From NCBI RefSeq assembly GCF_006345805.1, contig NW_021832868.1:28793-92792 (forward strand): a stretch of 64,000 nt of DNA, given 5' to 3'. Made by a program: the position numbers and the translations under genes. Positions within the stretch are counted from its first letter, which is position 1. Every line of letters begins with the position of its first letter. The notes beneath the pieces are model-generated. The model searched no databases, had not been told where the DNA came from, and saw only the letters and a program-made list of their open reading frames with translations. Shown here piece by piece: positions 10,552 through 23,000 of this stretch. Source of the stretch: Octopus sinensis (lineage: Eukaryota).

Positions 10552-13164
10552 TTACCGTCTTACCTGCCACCCAGTCATTATCTTCTCTAGGACCTCAGGG
10601 AGGCCTTTGAGGGACAATTTTTGGGCGTTGGAGAGCTCATCACGCCATCCTAAGCCATAGGCTAGCCGGATAGCTCGTCTTCTTACTTTCTTAAGCGCGT
10701 CAACGTGCTTCTCCCTGTCCTCGCAGAAGTGCCAAGCGTGCACGCCATAGGTTAACACGGGTAACACCATGGCGTTGAACACACGGAACCAGGCACCTCT
10801 CCTCAAGTGGAAAGCACGCAACGCGCCTAATCGCTGCATTGCACGCATTTTAGTGCGTGCAATGTGATCATCGAACTTACCTGACTGCTTGAAGACCACG
10901 CCCAAGTAGGTCGTCCGATCAACTATAGCGATCGCTGACCCGTCCAGCGATAACCTAGGGATAAAATTAGTGTAACCCCTCGTCCTTTTACAGACTTTAA
11001 GGACACTGCACTTGTCCGCACACATCTTTAGACCCCTACTCCCACACCAGTGTACAAGTTCATCCACAGCAACCTGTAGCCTACGACACGCACACTCTGG
11101 TTTCATCGACTGATTCCAGAGGATAATGTCGTCTGCATAGATCACCATTTCAGTACGAGCATTGACTGGCATAGGCGCAGAGGCCATAAAGATATTAAAC
11201 AGTGTGGGACTCAGCACAGAACACTGAGGGACCCCGCGAAGGACTGTTCCGACTTTAGAAAAGACCCCCTGGTGTCGCACGACCTGACCGCGAGATTCGA
11301 GGAACCCCGACAGCCAGCGCCTTAGACACGGAGAAACCCCACACGTGGCGAGGGAACTCCGCAGGCCGTCGTGCCACACCGAGTCGAAGGCCTTTTCTAT
11401 GTCAAGACTAACTAACATACCAAACTCACTTTTCTGGAGGGCGTTCTTCATTTCGGAAGACACCTTCCACAAGCAGTCTCCACATGAACGACCCTCCCTG
11501 AAGCCCCATTGGAACTCCGGGAGGGCGTCAACCACCGTCAGCTCCTCCAGGAGCCTTCGGTGCATGATCCTTTCTAGGATTTTAGATATAGCGGGAAGCA
11601 AGGAAATGGGCCTATATCCCCCGGGGACATCATGCTGCTTCCCAGGTTTTCCAATGAGGATTACCTCAGCCACTTTCCACCTGGAAGGAATCATCCCAAG
11701 TCGCAAGCTCCCGCTAAACAAAACCTGTAAGGCCGTGATCAACAACGGCGGGGCCTTTTTGAAGATGGACATAGGGATCCGATCTAGCCCCGCCGCGGTG
11801 TTCTTACTTCGGGAGATCGCTGCCAGGATCTCCCTTTCGGAAACTTCGCCTGCATCGACCCTTGATATGTCCAGCTGGCAGCGCTTGTCCCAAGACAATA
11901 CCTCCTGGATAGTAACAAAAGACGACGTCTCTACGAACTGACTTCCGTCAGTTCCCGAGATGTTGTTGAGGTGGGTTGAAAATATATCAGCCACCTCAAC
12001 CGGGTCCGAGGCGAGGGTTCCATCAGAGCGCTTAAGGCGCACTGACTTTGCCTCCCCTCTCCCCGACAGGCTCTTCAGTTGTTTCCAGAAGTCCGGAAAG
12101 CGCGGGTCCACTCTTTGGCAGGCCCGCTCCCACCGTGAACTTTCGTGTTCACGGATTTCCCTCCGGATCTCCCTCTGAAGCCGGCTGATCCAGCCGCGAA
12201 ACCAGACACGGTTCTCCTGGTAGACGCATTTGTCCCGCAGTCTGGACAGCCGGCGCTTGAATCTAATTTTATTTAGCACCCGGTACGGGAGCGTGGAATG
12301 TGCCTGGCCCTGTACTGGGTTCTGTTTGAAATTATCTCGCATATAATCAGACAGGGCAGCATTGATTCCATTATCTAACGCCTCCAACTCTCGTATGTTG
12401 GCGCAGGTATTCCCCACCAGGAGTGAGGGCAACCTGCTGGCCATGAACCTCTCCAGGTTGGCCCAGGAACCGGACCGGAGGTCAAAGTATCCTGGGGCCC
12501 TTTGAGGAACTGGCTCACGGAGTTCGTGCAATAGAGGCAGATGGTCGCTCCCAATATCAGGCAATAAAATTGTGTTACTAACCCAATTTAGCATCCCGGG
12601 GCTGACCAGAGCAAGGCCTAGCCAGTCTTGTCCTCCCCGCGAATCGATGTGGTTTGGCTCGCTTGAAGATCTGATTTCCAACCCGAGGTCTTCAACCAGC
12701 GTCTTTAGAGCCAAACCATGCGCGTTGGTTACCCTGAAACTGAGCTCTTGGTGCTTGGCATTCAGGTCCCCAACGACCATCGCCTTCGGATGCTTTCCAA
12801 AGAACTCCCGTACGTGCCAAGAACACGCCGTAAAGTTCTTCGAATACATCGCCCCTAGGTAAAAGTTTAAATTACCTATGCGAATCCTCACTTGGAGGAA
12901 TTCACATAGGCTACAAGAACATATACCTGAGCTCCGGAGAGCAAGGTACGGCTTGTAGAAGAGGCTAGTTCCAGTGCCACATGTTGACCCCTGTTTCCAG
13001 GGTATGTGACAGCAGTTGTAGCCATCAACTACGTACCGATCCTGCTTTAACTTTGTTTCGTTGACCACCAGGATGTCCGCACTAGTGGTGGCCAACATCC
13101 TCCGAATCGCGTCTCCTTTGCCTGACAAGGAGCGCGCGTTCACCGATATGATGTTGAGCATCAT
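10552..13164 (-). CDS. LINE B1 ORF2, uninterrupted APE-RT (870 aa)
   Basis: Single ORF with all APE and RT motifs (YADD). No RNase H or C-terminal CCHC seen. Confidence 0.95.
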   Translation of the reverse strand: MMLNIISVNARSLSGKGDAIRRMLATTSADILVVNETKLKQDRYVVDGYNCCHIPWKQGSTCGTGTSLFYKPYLALRSSGICSCSLCEFLQVRIRIGNLNFYLGAMYSKNFTACSWHVREFFGKHPKAMVVGDLNAKHQELSFRVTNAHGLALKTLVEDLGLEIRSSSEPNHIDSRGGQDWLGLALVSPGMLNWVSNTILLPDIGSDHLPLLHELREPVPQRAPGYFDLRSGSWANLERFMASRLPSLLVGNTCANIRELEALDNGINAALSDYMRDNFKQNPVQGQAHSTLPYRVLNKIRFKRRLSRLRDKCVYQENRVWFRGWISRLQREIRREIREHESSRWERACQRVDPRFPDFWKQLKSLSGRGEAKSVRLKRSDGTLASDPVEVADIFSTHLNNISGTDGSQFVETSSFVTIQEVLSWDKRCQLDISRVDAGEVSEREILAAISRSKNTAAGLDRIPMSIFKKAPPLLITALQVLFSGSLRLGMIPSRWKVAEVILIGKPGKQHDVPGGYRPISLLPAISKILERIMHRRLLEELTVVDALPEFQWGFREGRSCGDCLWKVSSEMKNALQKSEFGMLVSLDIEKAFDSVWHDGLRSSLATCGVSPCLRRWLSGFLESRGQVVRHQGVFSKVGTVLRGVPQCSVLSPTLFNIFMASAPMPVNARTEMVIYADDIILWNQSMKPECACRRLQVAVDELVHWCGSRGLKMCADKCSVLKVCKRTRGYTNFIPRLSLDGSAIAIVDRTTYLGVVFKQSGKFDDHIARTKMRAMQRLGALRAFHLRRGAWFRVFNAMVLPVLTYGVHAWHFCEDREKHVDALKKVRRRAIRLAYGLGWRDELSNAQKLSLKGLPEVLEKIMTGWQVRR

Positions 13165-14464
13165 ATCGGCTCCTCACCAAGAAACTTCTTGGCCTCGGCA
13201 TAGTTGCGGCGTAGCATATCCGCTACGCTGCACTTCATCTCCCTACAAAGTGTTATCAGGCGTATACATAACTCCACCGCAGGACTAACACTGTCCTGCG
13301 GCTCACGCTCGCAAGGGGGTGAGTGCAATGGCATCTCCACGTATGGAGGAAGCCTTTTCGCCCCCAGGTTTTGCTGGGTGGTGTCACCTGTAGCCGATTC
13401 GGAGGGCATCGCAGGCTTCGGCATCCGAGCTGACTCGGATGCTTCCACCCGCTTTGCCGGCTTTGTCGGCGACGGCGGAACCGACCCGCTAGCAATGTGG
13501 CTAGCAGGCTTCGCCACCCAAGCGGACTTGGGAGGTTTGGCCTGCTTTGCCTGTTTGCCAGGTTGTGGAGCGGGGGCCGCGACGCTGGGGGTGCGGTGGC
13601 TTGCAGGCATCACAGGCTTCGCCACGCAAGCGGACTTGGGAGGTTTGGCCTGCTTTGCTTGTTTGCCAGGTTTTGGCGCTGGGGCCGCGACGCTAGGGGT
13701 GCGGTGGCTTGCAGGCTTCACAGGCCTCGCCACCCAAGCGGACTTGGGAGGTTTGGCCTGCTTTACCTGTTTGCCGGTTGGTTGCGCGGGGGCCGCGACG
13801 CTAGGGGGGCGACTTACCTTCGGGATTACATCCCCACCAACCTGTCGGGTTGCCTCCTTGAACTTACGACAACCCTTGAAGTTGGCAGTGTGTCCTAACT
13901 TACCACAGTTGACACACTGCCTCACCATAGGTGGTGAGGGGCATGTCTTGCGATCATGCTTCCCACCGCAGATTAGGCATTTCGCCTTCTCCGGACACTT
14001 CGTGCTTATGTGTCCGAACCCCTGACACCGAAAGCATTGGGTGGCTTTCGGGCGGGGCCGGACAGCACGAAGCCTGACGTAGCCGATCCTAGTACCCAGA
14101 AGTACTAGGCGCTCGGCTTCCGCAGGAGATCCCAGGATGACCTCCACCACTTCAAGAGGGCGGTTACCCTGCTTGAAGCGTGCAAGGGCAGAGGCACTGG
14201 GGTACTCCCGCTGTATGTGTCCTAAAAGGTCATTATCCTCGAAGTCCCGGGGGACCCCGAGGAGCAGGACTCTTACCTGCCTTACCTTTCGTTCAATCCT
14301 GACAAGCCGATGCATGCCAGGACCGAACGGGCTGGACTTCTCCAGCTCTCCTTTAAAGCTGAAGAAGTCCTCCTCCTTCTCCCACCCAAGCAGGAATTGG
14401 GTGGGCTCCCTCTTCAGGACTCTATACCGCCTAGATGGCTGTATAGAGTCAAGCGTCCCCAGGA
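13161..14464 (-). CDS. LINE B1 ORF1, 5'-truncated; CCHC knuckles and Ala/Lys/Pro-rich repeats
   Basis: CFRCQGFGH, CLICGGKH, CVNCGKLGH; ends EEPI* overlapping the ORF2 ATG. Confidence 0.9.
13507..13810. repeat. Three tandem 108-bp (36-aa) units in B ORF1
   Basis: Unit starts at 13507, 13615 and 13723; also present in B2 (~18070-18370). Confidence 0.9.
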
Positions 14465-14469
14465 GTTTA

Positions 14470-14820
14470 AAAACAGTTTAGAAAAAAAATATAACAAAAA
14501 TAATTAAAATTTGGTAGAAATTGATCATTTTAGATTTTAGGGCGCTAAAATACAAGATCGCCGAATCCGGGAACAAATAAATAAAAGTTTGCCATAAGAA
14601 TATAAAGAATAGAACTTTCTATCAAAAAATAAGGTAAAATTCAATGAATAAAGATAAATGAGAATATTTCAAATAAGCGATATAAACAAATTGAAAGAAT
14701 AAACTCGCAAATATTACACAAATGAAATTTCAGATAATTTATTAATTAAAAGAAACTACATCGCAAAATATTCCTTCTAATCCAAATAAATAAAAAAATA
14801 AAGATTGACCAAATAATGGC
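14470..14820 (-). repeat. Dispersed AT-rich repeat of unknown origin (also ~28897-29330 and ~38694-39225)
   Basis: Shared blocks such as ATTATTTGGTCAATCTTTATTTTTT and GGATTAGAAGGAATATTTTGCGATGTAG. Confidence 0.8.
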
Positions 14821-14907
14821 AAATTGTGAAACAGAATTGCGAGCAGATTGTTTCCTTGGAAATTTTGCTCCAGTAGATTTTTGAGCAGTTTGTTGTGTTC
14901 TAGCCAT
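14820..14907 (-). pseudogene. H3: H3-like 5' stub (MARTQQTAQKSTGAKFPRKQSAR)
   Basis: Degenerate H3 N-tail with the same upstream region as the stub at 28844. Confidence 0.8.
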
Positions 14908-14988
14908 ATTTTTGTTATTTCAGACAGAACCGATTCAGACAAGTTATTTTTGATTTATATTATTCCGAATTTTTAAACAACGTTATTA

Positions 14989-17900
14989 GGAGGAGGAAAA
15001 TTTTTATTTAATAATTAATTAGAGAGGCTGTTAGTGAGGTAACATAAGGAGACCTTCGGCATTCCTGCCTTTTCGGTCCAGCACACACGCTCGCCTCTCT
15101 ACACAACCACAGGTTAGGACTTACCGTCTTACCTGCCACCCAGTCATTATCTTCTCTAGGACCTCAGGGAGGCCTTTGAGGGACAATTCCTGGGCGTTGG
15201 AGAGCTCATCACGCCATCCTAAGCCATAGGCTAGCCGGATAGCTTGTCTTCTTACTTTCTTAAGCGCGTCAACGTGCTTCTCCCTGTCCTCGCAGAAGTG
15301 CCAAGCGTGCACGCCATAGGTTAACACGGGTAACACCATGGCGTTGAACACACGGAACCAGGCACCTCTCCTCAAGTGGAAAGCACGCAACGCGCCTAAT
15401 CGCTGCATTGCACGCATTTTAGTGCGTGCAATGTGATCATCGTACTTACCTGACTGCTTGAAGACCACGCCCAAGTAGGTCGTCCGATCAACTATAGCGA
15501 TCGCTGACCCGTCCAGCGATAACCTAGGGATAAAATTAGTGTAACCCCTCGTCCTTTTACAGACTTTAAGGACACTGCACTTGTCCGCACACATCTTTAG
15601 ACCCCTACTCCCACACCAGTGTACAAGTTCATCCACAGCAACCTGTAGCCTACGACACGCACACTCTGGTTTCATCGACTGATTCCAGAGGATAATGTCG
15701 TCTGCATAGATCACCATTTCAGTACGAGCATTGACTGGCATAGGCGCAGAGGCCATATAGATATTAAACAGTGTGGGACTCAGCACAGAACACTGAGGGA
15801 CCCCGCGAAGGACTGTTCCGACTTTAGAAAAGACCCCCTGGTGTCGCACGACCTGACCGCGAGATTCGAGGAACCCCGACAGCCAGCGCCTTAGACACGG
15901 AGAAACCCCACACGTGGCGAGGGAACTCCGCAGGCCGTCGTGCCACACCGAGTCGAAGGCCTTTTCTATGTCAAGACTAACTAACATACCAAACTCACTT
16001 TTCTGGAGGGCGTTCTTCATTTCGGAAGACACCTTCCACAAGCAGTCTCCACATGAACGACCCTCCCTGAAGCCCCATTGGAACTCCGGGAGGGCGTCAA
16101 CCACCGTCAGCTCCTCCAGGAGCCTTCGGTGCATGATCCTTTCTAGGATTTTAGATATAGCGGGAAGCAAGGAAATGGGCCTATATCCCCCGGGGACATC
16201 ATGCTGCTTCCCAGGTTTTCCAATGAGGATTACCTCAGCCACTTTCCACCTGGAAGGAATCATCCCAAGTCGCAAGCTCCCGCTAAACAAAACCTGTAAG
16301 GCCGTGATCAACAACGGCGGGGCCTTTTTGAAGATGGACATAGGGATCCGATCTAGCCCCGCCGCGGTGTTCTTACTTCGGGAGATCGCTGCCAGGATCT
16401 CCCTTTCGGAAACTTCGCCTGCATCGACCCTTGATATGTCCAGCTGGCAGCGCTTGTCCCAAGACAATACCTCCTGGATAGTAACAAAAGACGACGTCTC
16501 TACGAACTGACTTCCGTCAGTTCCCGAGATGTTGTTGAGGTGGGTTGAAAATATATCAGCCACCTCAACCGGGTCCGAGGCGAGGGTTCCATCAGAGCGC
16601 TTAAGGCGCACTGACTTTGCCTCCCCTCTCCCCGACAGGCTCTTCAGTTGTTTCCAGAAGTCCGGAAAGCGCGGGTCCACTCTTTGGCAGGCCCGCTCCC
16701 ACCGTGAACTTTCGTGTTCACGGATTTCCCTCCGGATCTCCCTCTGAAGCCGGCTGATCCAGCCGCGAAACCAGACACGGTTCTCCTGGTAGACGCATTT
16801 GTCCCGCAGTCTGGACAGCCGCGCTTGAATCTAATTTTATTTAGCACCCGGTACGGGAGCGTGGAATGTGCCTGGCCCTGTACTGGGTTCTGTTTGAAAT
16901 TATCTCGCATATAATCAGACAGGGCAGCATTGATTCCATTATCTAACGCCTCCAACTCTCGTATGTTGGCGCAGGTATTCCCCACCAGGAGTGAGGGCAA
17001 CCTGCTGGCCATGAACCTCTCCAGGTTGGCCCAGGAACCGGACCGGAGGTCAAAGTATCCTGGGGCCCTTTGAGGAACTGGCTCACGGAGTTCGTGCAAT
17101 AGAGGCAGATGGTCGCTCCCAATATCAGGCAATAAAATTGTGTTACTAACCCAATTTAGCATCCGGGGCTGACCAGAGCAAGGCCTAGCCAGCCTTGTCC
17201 TCCCCGCGAATCGATGTGGTTTGGCTCGCTTGAAGATCTGATTTCCAACCCGAGGTCTTCAACCAGCGTCTTTAGAGCCAACCATGCGCGTTGGTTACCC
17301 TGAAACCGAGCTCTTGGTGCTTGGCATTCAGGTCCCCAACGACCATCGCCTTCGGATGCTTTCCAAAGAACTCCCGTACGTGCCAAGAACACGCCGTAAA
17401 GTTCTTCGAATACATCGCCCCTAGGTAAAAAGTTAAATTACCTATGCGAATCCTCACTTGGAGGAATTCACATAGGCTACAAGAACATATACCTGAGCTC
17501 CGGAGAGCAAGGTACGGCTTGTAGAAGAGGCTAGTTCCAGTGCCACATGTTGACCCCTGTTTCCAGGGTATGTGACAGCAGTTGTAGCCATCAACTACGT
17601 ACCGATCCTGCTTTAACTTTGTTTCGTTGACCACCAGGATGTCCGCACTAGTGGTGGCCAACATCCTCCGAATCGCGTCTCCTTTGCCTGACAAGGAGCG
17701 CGCGTTCACCGATATGATGTTGAGCATCATATCGGCTCCTCACCAAGGAACTTCTTGGCCTCGGCATAGTTGCGGCGTAGCATATCTGCTACGCTGCACT
17801 TCATCTCCTCACAAAGTGTTATCAGGCGTATACATAACTCCACCGCAGGACTAACACTGTCCTGCGGCTCACGCTCGCAAGGGGGTGAATGCAGTGGCAT

Positions 17901-18928
17901 CTCCACGTATGGAGGAAGCCTTTTCGCCCCCAGGTTTTGCTGGGCGGTGTCACCTGTAGCCGACTCGGAAGGCATCGCAGGCTTCGGCATCCGAGCTGAC
18001 TCGGATGCTTTCACCCGCTTTGCCGGCTTTGTCGGCGACGGCGGTACCGACCCGCTAGCAATGTGGCTCGCAGGCTTCGCCACCCAAGCGGACTTGGGAG
18101 GTTTGGCCTGCTTTGCCTGTTTGCTAGGTTGTGGAGCGGGGGCCGCGATGCTGGGGGTGCGGTGGCTTGCAGGCATCACAGGCTTCGCCACGCAAGCGGA
18201 CTTGGGAGGTTTGGCCTGCTTTGCTTGTTTGCCAGGTTTTTGCGCTTGGGCCGCGACGCTAGGGGTGCGGTGGCTTGCAGGCTTCACAGGCCTCGCCACC
18301 CAAGCGGACTTGGGAGGTTTGGCCTGATTTACCTGTTTGCCGGTTGGTTGCGCGGGGGCCGCGACGCTAGGGGGGCGACTTACCTTCGGGATTACATCCC
18401 CACCAACCTGTCGGGTTGCCTCCTTGAACTTACGACAACCCTTGAAGTTGGCAGTGTGTCCTAACTTACCACAGTTGACACACTGCCTCACCATAGGTTG
18501 TGAGGGGCATGTCTTGCGACCATGCTACCCACCGCAGATTAGGCATTTCGCCTTCTCCGGACACTTCGTGCTTATGTGTCCGAACCCCTGACACCGAAAG
18601 CATTGGGTGGCTTTCGGGCGGGGCCGGACAGCACGTCAAGAGGGCGGTTACCCTGCTTAAAGCGTGCTAGGGCAGAGGCACTGGGGTACTCCCGCTGTAT
18701 GTGTCCTAAAAGGTCATTATCCTCGAAGTCCCGGGGGACCCCGAGGAGCAGGACTCTTACCTGCCTTACCTTTCGTTCAATCCTGACAAGCCGATGCATG
18801 CCAGGACCGAACGGGCTTGACTTCTCCAGCTCTCCTTTAAAGTTAAAGAAGTCCTCCTCCTTCTCCCACCCAAGCAGGAATTGGGTGGGCTCCCTCTTCA
18901 GGACTCTATACCGCCTAGATGGCTGTAT
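14989..18928 (-). mobile_element. LINE family B, copy B2 (5'-truncated, frameshifted, ~80-bp ORF1 deletion near 18633)
   Basis: Near-identical to B1. Ends in a (TCC)3 tail 80 nt upstream of the H3-like ATG; 5' break joins the H4 promoter. Confidence 0.95.
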
Positions 18929-19018
18929 GGTCCTTTTTTGCATCAGTCGAAAAAAATTTGGCAATGATACTTTTTTTGCATAGGTTGAAAATAGTGTTTA
19001 TTTAGAGAATTTTTCCTA

Positions 19019-19326
19019 ATGTCTGGACGTGGTAAAGGTGGCAAAGGAGGAAAGAGTGGTGCAAAACGATTTCGAAAGATATTAATTGACAATATACAGG
19101 AATTACTAAGCCAGCAATAAGAAGACTATGTCGAAGAGGGGGTGTTCGAAAAATTTCTGGAAAAATTTACGAGGAGACACGTTCTGTCCTTAAGATTTTT
19201 ATTGAGCAAACTGTTCGTGATTGTATTTCTTACACTGAGCATGCCAAAAGAAAAACTGTTATCGCAATGGACGTTGTTAATGCCTTGAAACGTCAAGGTA
19301 GGACAATTTACGGATTTGGTGGATAA
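19019..19326 (+). CDS. H4: Histone H4 (102 aa after repairing a 1-nt deletion near 19098), with half of its promoter at 18929-19018
   Basis: Complete [24 protein letters not shown] sequence; AATAAA just downstream. Confidence 0.92.
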
Positions 19327-20014
19327 ATTATACATAATTTTTTTAATAAAATACATTGATATTCCTTACAAATTAACCAGATAAAAATTAGCAATTTCAT
19401 AAATATACTAACTAGCTTTATTAAAAAAAGAAACTAAGTAATTTTACTAAGTCCAGAGCCTTCGAAGTGAGCAGAAGGTGGCACTCCACGCACCTCCTCT
19501 TTTTCTTCCTTTTCTTCTCTGGCACTGTAGACCTTCGAGAAGGTGCAGTCTAGCGCCTCTTGCTGACTAAACGTCAGGAAAGGGCTGACTGTATATAAGC
19601 CTGTAGAGACTTATCTACATCCAACTGTCTTAAGTACCGCTTGTGGTATTTGGTGACCAGTTCATCCCATGTCATCACACACAGTTCTTGAAAGGGATCT
19701 CAAACTTCATGGCAAAAGTTTCAAAAACTGGGACGACCTAAAATCTTTGCGGGATTTCGCCCGCAACAGAGGGGCATGGACGAGCAAGGAACAGAAGATT
19801 GTTTTGCTTGTGACACGTGTCGGATTATAACTTTGTTAATGTTCCTACGGAATGTATTATAATAATAATTTCCTCATGACATTAACTAATTTATAACTTT
19901 CCGTTTACTTATTGTTTTATTTATTAAGAAATATTTTAATTATCTACTATTACAAATTATCCTCTCAAAAAATTCGGAATGCTACTTTTAAAAAAATTTT
20001 GGAAATAAAAAAAA

Positions 20015-23000
20015 ATGGCTAGAACAAAACAAACGGCTCGAAATCTACTGGTGCAAAAGTACCAAGGAAACAGTTGTCTGCAAAATCTGCTCGCAAGCTG
20101 TCTGCACTAAGAAGACTATGCAGAAGTGGAGGCGTTCCCGCTTCGCACTCCCCGGAGGACAAGACGGTTCAGTGTGCCACTACGATGAACTGCCGGAGCC
20201 GTGGTTCACCGCCACGTGCTTCCGGCTATTATGTGGTGTTTAATTCTTTAGGTCAAAGCAGGAGGTCGAAGCCTGGACCCTCCCAGATGGGTTCAGCACT
20301 CACTGAAGACTCTTCTCCCTCTGCTCCCCCTTTGGCTGGTGTCGGGGGAGCAGCAGCTGCAACAGGTACTAATTGTTTGGTAGCACGACAACCGCACAGC
20401 ATGCTGGTTCGCCACGTGTTTGCGGTTTGTCTAGTGGTGCCAAACCCAGCCTAGGTAAGTCAATTAATGCCAACAGGGTGTCGTCTCCTGAGGCCGTCCC
20501 GGTGGGTACGGCAGGAAATAAGGTTGCCCTTGAGGACGGTTGGTACACGGTGGGGAAACCCAAACGTGCGGCTGGCCGTCCAACCCCCCCTAATGTTTTA
20601 GGTACTGGGTGTGTGTCCGATCAGGTGGATGCACACCCAAAGAAGACCACTGGCGCCGGGGGCAGAATTACCTTCGGTGCTGTGGCACGACTTGAGGTCC
20701 TCCCTACAAGTGGGAAGGCCTCGGTCATAAAGATCTTAGGTACGTTAGACTCTATCCAGCCTTCAAAGCTGTATAGAGTCCTGAAGAGGGAGCCCACCCA
20801 ATTCCTGCTTGGGTGGGAGAAGGAGGAGGACTTCTTCAGCTTTAAAGGAGAGCTGGAGAACAGCCCGTTCGGTCCTGGCATGCATCGGCTTGTCAGGATT
20901 GAACAAAGGTAAGGCAGGTAAGAGTCCTGCTCCTCGGGGTCCCCCGGGACTTCGAGGATAATGACCTTTTAGGACACATACAGCGGGAGTACCCCAGTGC
21001 CTCTGCCCTTGCACGCTTCAAGCAGGGTAACCGCCCTCTTGAAGTGGTGGAGGTCATCCTGGGATCTCCTGCGGAAGCCGAGCGCCTAGTACTTCTGGTA
21101 CTAGGATCGGCTACATTAGGATGAGAGCTGCCTGGCCCCGCCCGAAAGCCACCCAATGCTTTCGGTGTCAGGGGTTCGGGCACATCTCCACAAAGTGCCC
21201 GGATAAGGCGAAGTGCCTTATTTGCGGTGGGGAGCATGGTCGCAAGACGTGCCCCTCACCATCCAAGGAGAGGCAGTGTGTCAACTGTGGTAAGTTGGGA
21301 CACACTGCCAACTTCAGAGGTTGCCCCAAGTTCAAGGAGGCAACCCGAAAGGTAGGTGGGGATGTAATCCCAACAGTAAGTCGCCCGCGTCGCGTCGCGC
21401 GCCCTGCGCCAAAACCTGGCAAGCAGGCGATACTGGCCAAACCTTCCAAATCCGTTGGGTGGCGAAGACAGTGGAACCGTGAGCCATGCTACGTGTGGGT
21501 CGGTGCAGCCTTCGCCGACAAAGTTGGCAAAGCAGGTGAAAGCTTCCGAGTCCGCTTGGTTGCCTAAGCCGGCAATGCCTTCTGAGGCGGCTAACGGCGG
21601 CGCCGTCCGGCACACCTGGGGCTGAAAAGGCGTCCTCCATACGTGGAGATGCCATTGCACTCAGCCCCTGGCGAGCGTGTACCGCAGGACAGTATTAGTC
21701 CTGCGGTGCAATTATGCGTTTCCCTATTAAAATTTTGTAGGGAGATGAATTGCAGTGTAGAGGAAATGCTACACTGCAACGTTGCCGAGGCCAAGAAGAT
21801 CCTTGGCGAAGAACCGATATGATGCTCAACATCATATCGGTGAACGCGCGTTCCTTGGAAGGAAAAAGGGACGCCGTTCAGAGGATGTTGGCCACCACGA
21901 GTGCGGACATTCTGGTGGTCAACGAAACGAAGGTAAAGGGGGGTCCGTACGTAGTTGATGGCTACAACTGTCGTCACATACCCTGGAAACAGGGGTCAAT
22001 ATGTGGCACAGGAACTAGCCTCTTCTACAAGCCCTACCTTGCCTTGCAGAGTCCAGGTATATGTTCATGTAGCTTGTGTGAATTCCTCCAAGTGAGAATT
22101 CGCATAGGCGAGTTAACATTTTACCTAGGTGGGATGTACTCGAAGAACTTTACGGCGTGCTCCTGGCACGTACGGGAGTTCTTTGAAAAGCATCCGAAGG
22201 CCATGGTTGTTGGGGACCTGAATGCCAAGCATCAAGATCTTGGTTTCAGGGTAACCAACTCGCATGGTTTGGCTCTGAAGCGCTGGTTGAAGACCTCGGG
22301 CTGGAAATCCGGACTTCGAGCGAGCCAAACCACGTCGACGAGGGGGAGGGGACGTGACTGGCTAGGGCTTGCTCTGGTCAGTCCCGGTCTTCTAAATTGG
22401 GTTAGTAAAACTATTTTATTGTCCGATATTGGGAGCGACCATCTGCCTCTATTGCACGAACTCCGTGAGCCAGTTCCTCAAAGGGTCCCAGGATACTTTG
22501 ACCTCCGGGTGGGTTCCTGGGCTAACCTGGAGAGTTTCATGGCCAGCAGGTTGCCCTCACTTCTGGTGGGGAATACCTGCGCCAACATACGTGAGTTGGA
22601 GGCGCTTGATAATGGAATCAATGCTGCCCTGACTGATTACATGCGAGATAATTTCAAACAAACTCAGTGCAGGGTCAGGCACATTCCACGCTCCCTCACC
22701 GGATCTTAAATAAAATTAGGTTCAAGCGCCGGCTATCCAGACTACGGGACAAATGCGTTTACGAGGAGAACCGTGTTTGGTTTCGTGGCTGGATTAGCCG
22801 GCTTCAGAGGGAGATCCGAAGAGAAATCCGCGAACTCGAAAGTTCGCGGTGGGAGAGGGCCTGCCGAAGGGTGGACCCTCGCTTTCCGGACTTCTGGAAG
22901 CAGTTGAAGAGCCTGTCGGGGAGAAGGGGGGCTAAGTCAGTGCGCCTTAAACGCTCTGATGGAACCCTCGCTTCGGACCCGGTTGAGGTGGTTGAAATAC

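Larger units (their letters stand above)
10426..14464 (-). mobile_element. LINE family B, copy B1 (5'-truncated)
   Basis: Intact ORF2, ORF1 3' part and 3' UTR; 3' end 19 nt upstream of H4. Confidence 0.95.

Noticed and set aside
13507-13810. Regular repeats as a CRISPR array
   Set aside because: In-frame coding tandem repeats with no unique spacers, in a eukaryotic context with no cas genes.
16820-17290. Frameshifts in LINE ORF2 as programmed recoding sites
   Set aside because: Positions differ between copies and B1 is uninterrupted; they reflect decay or sequencing error.
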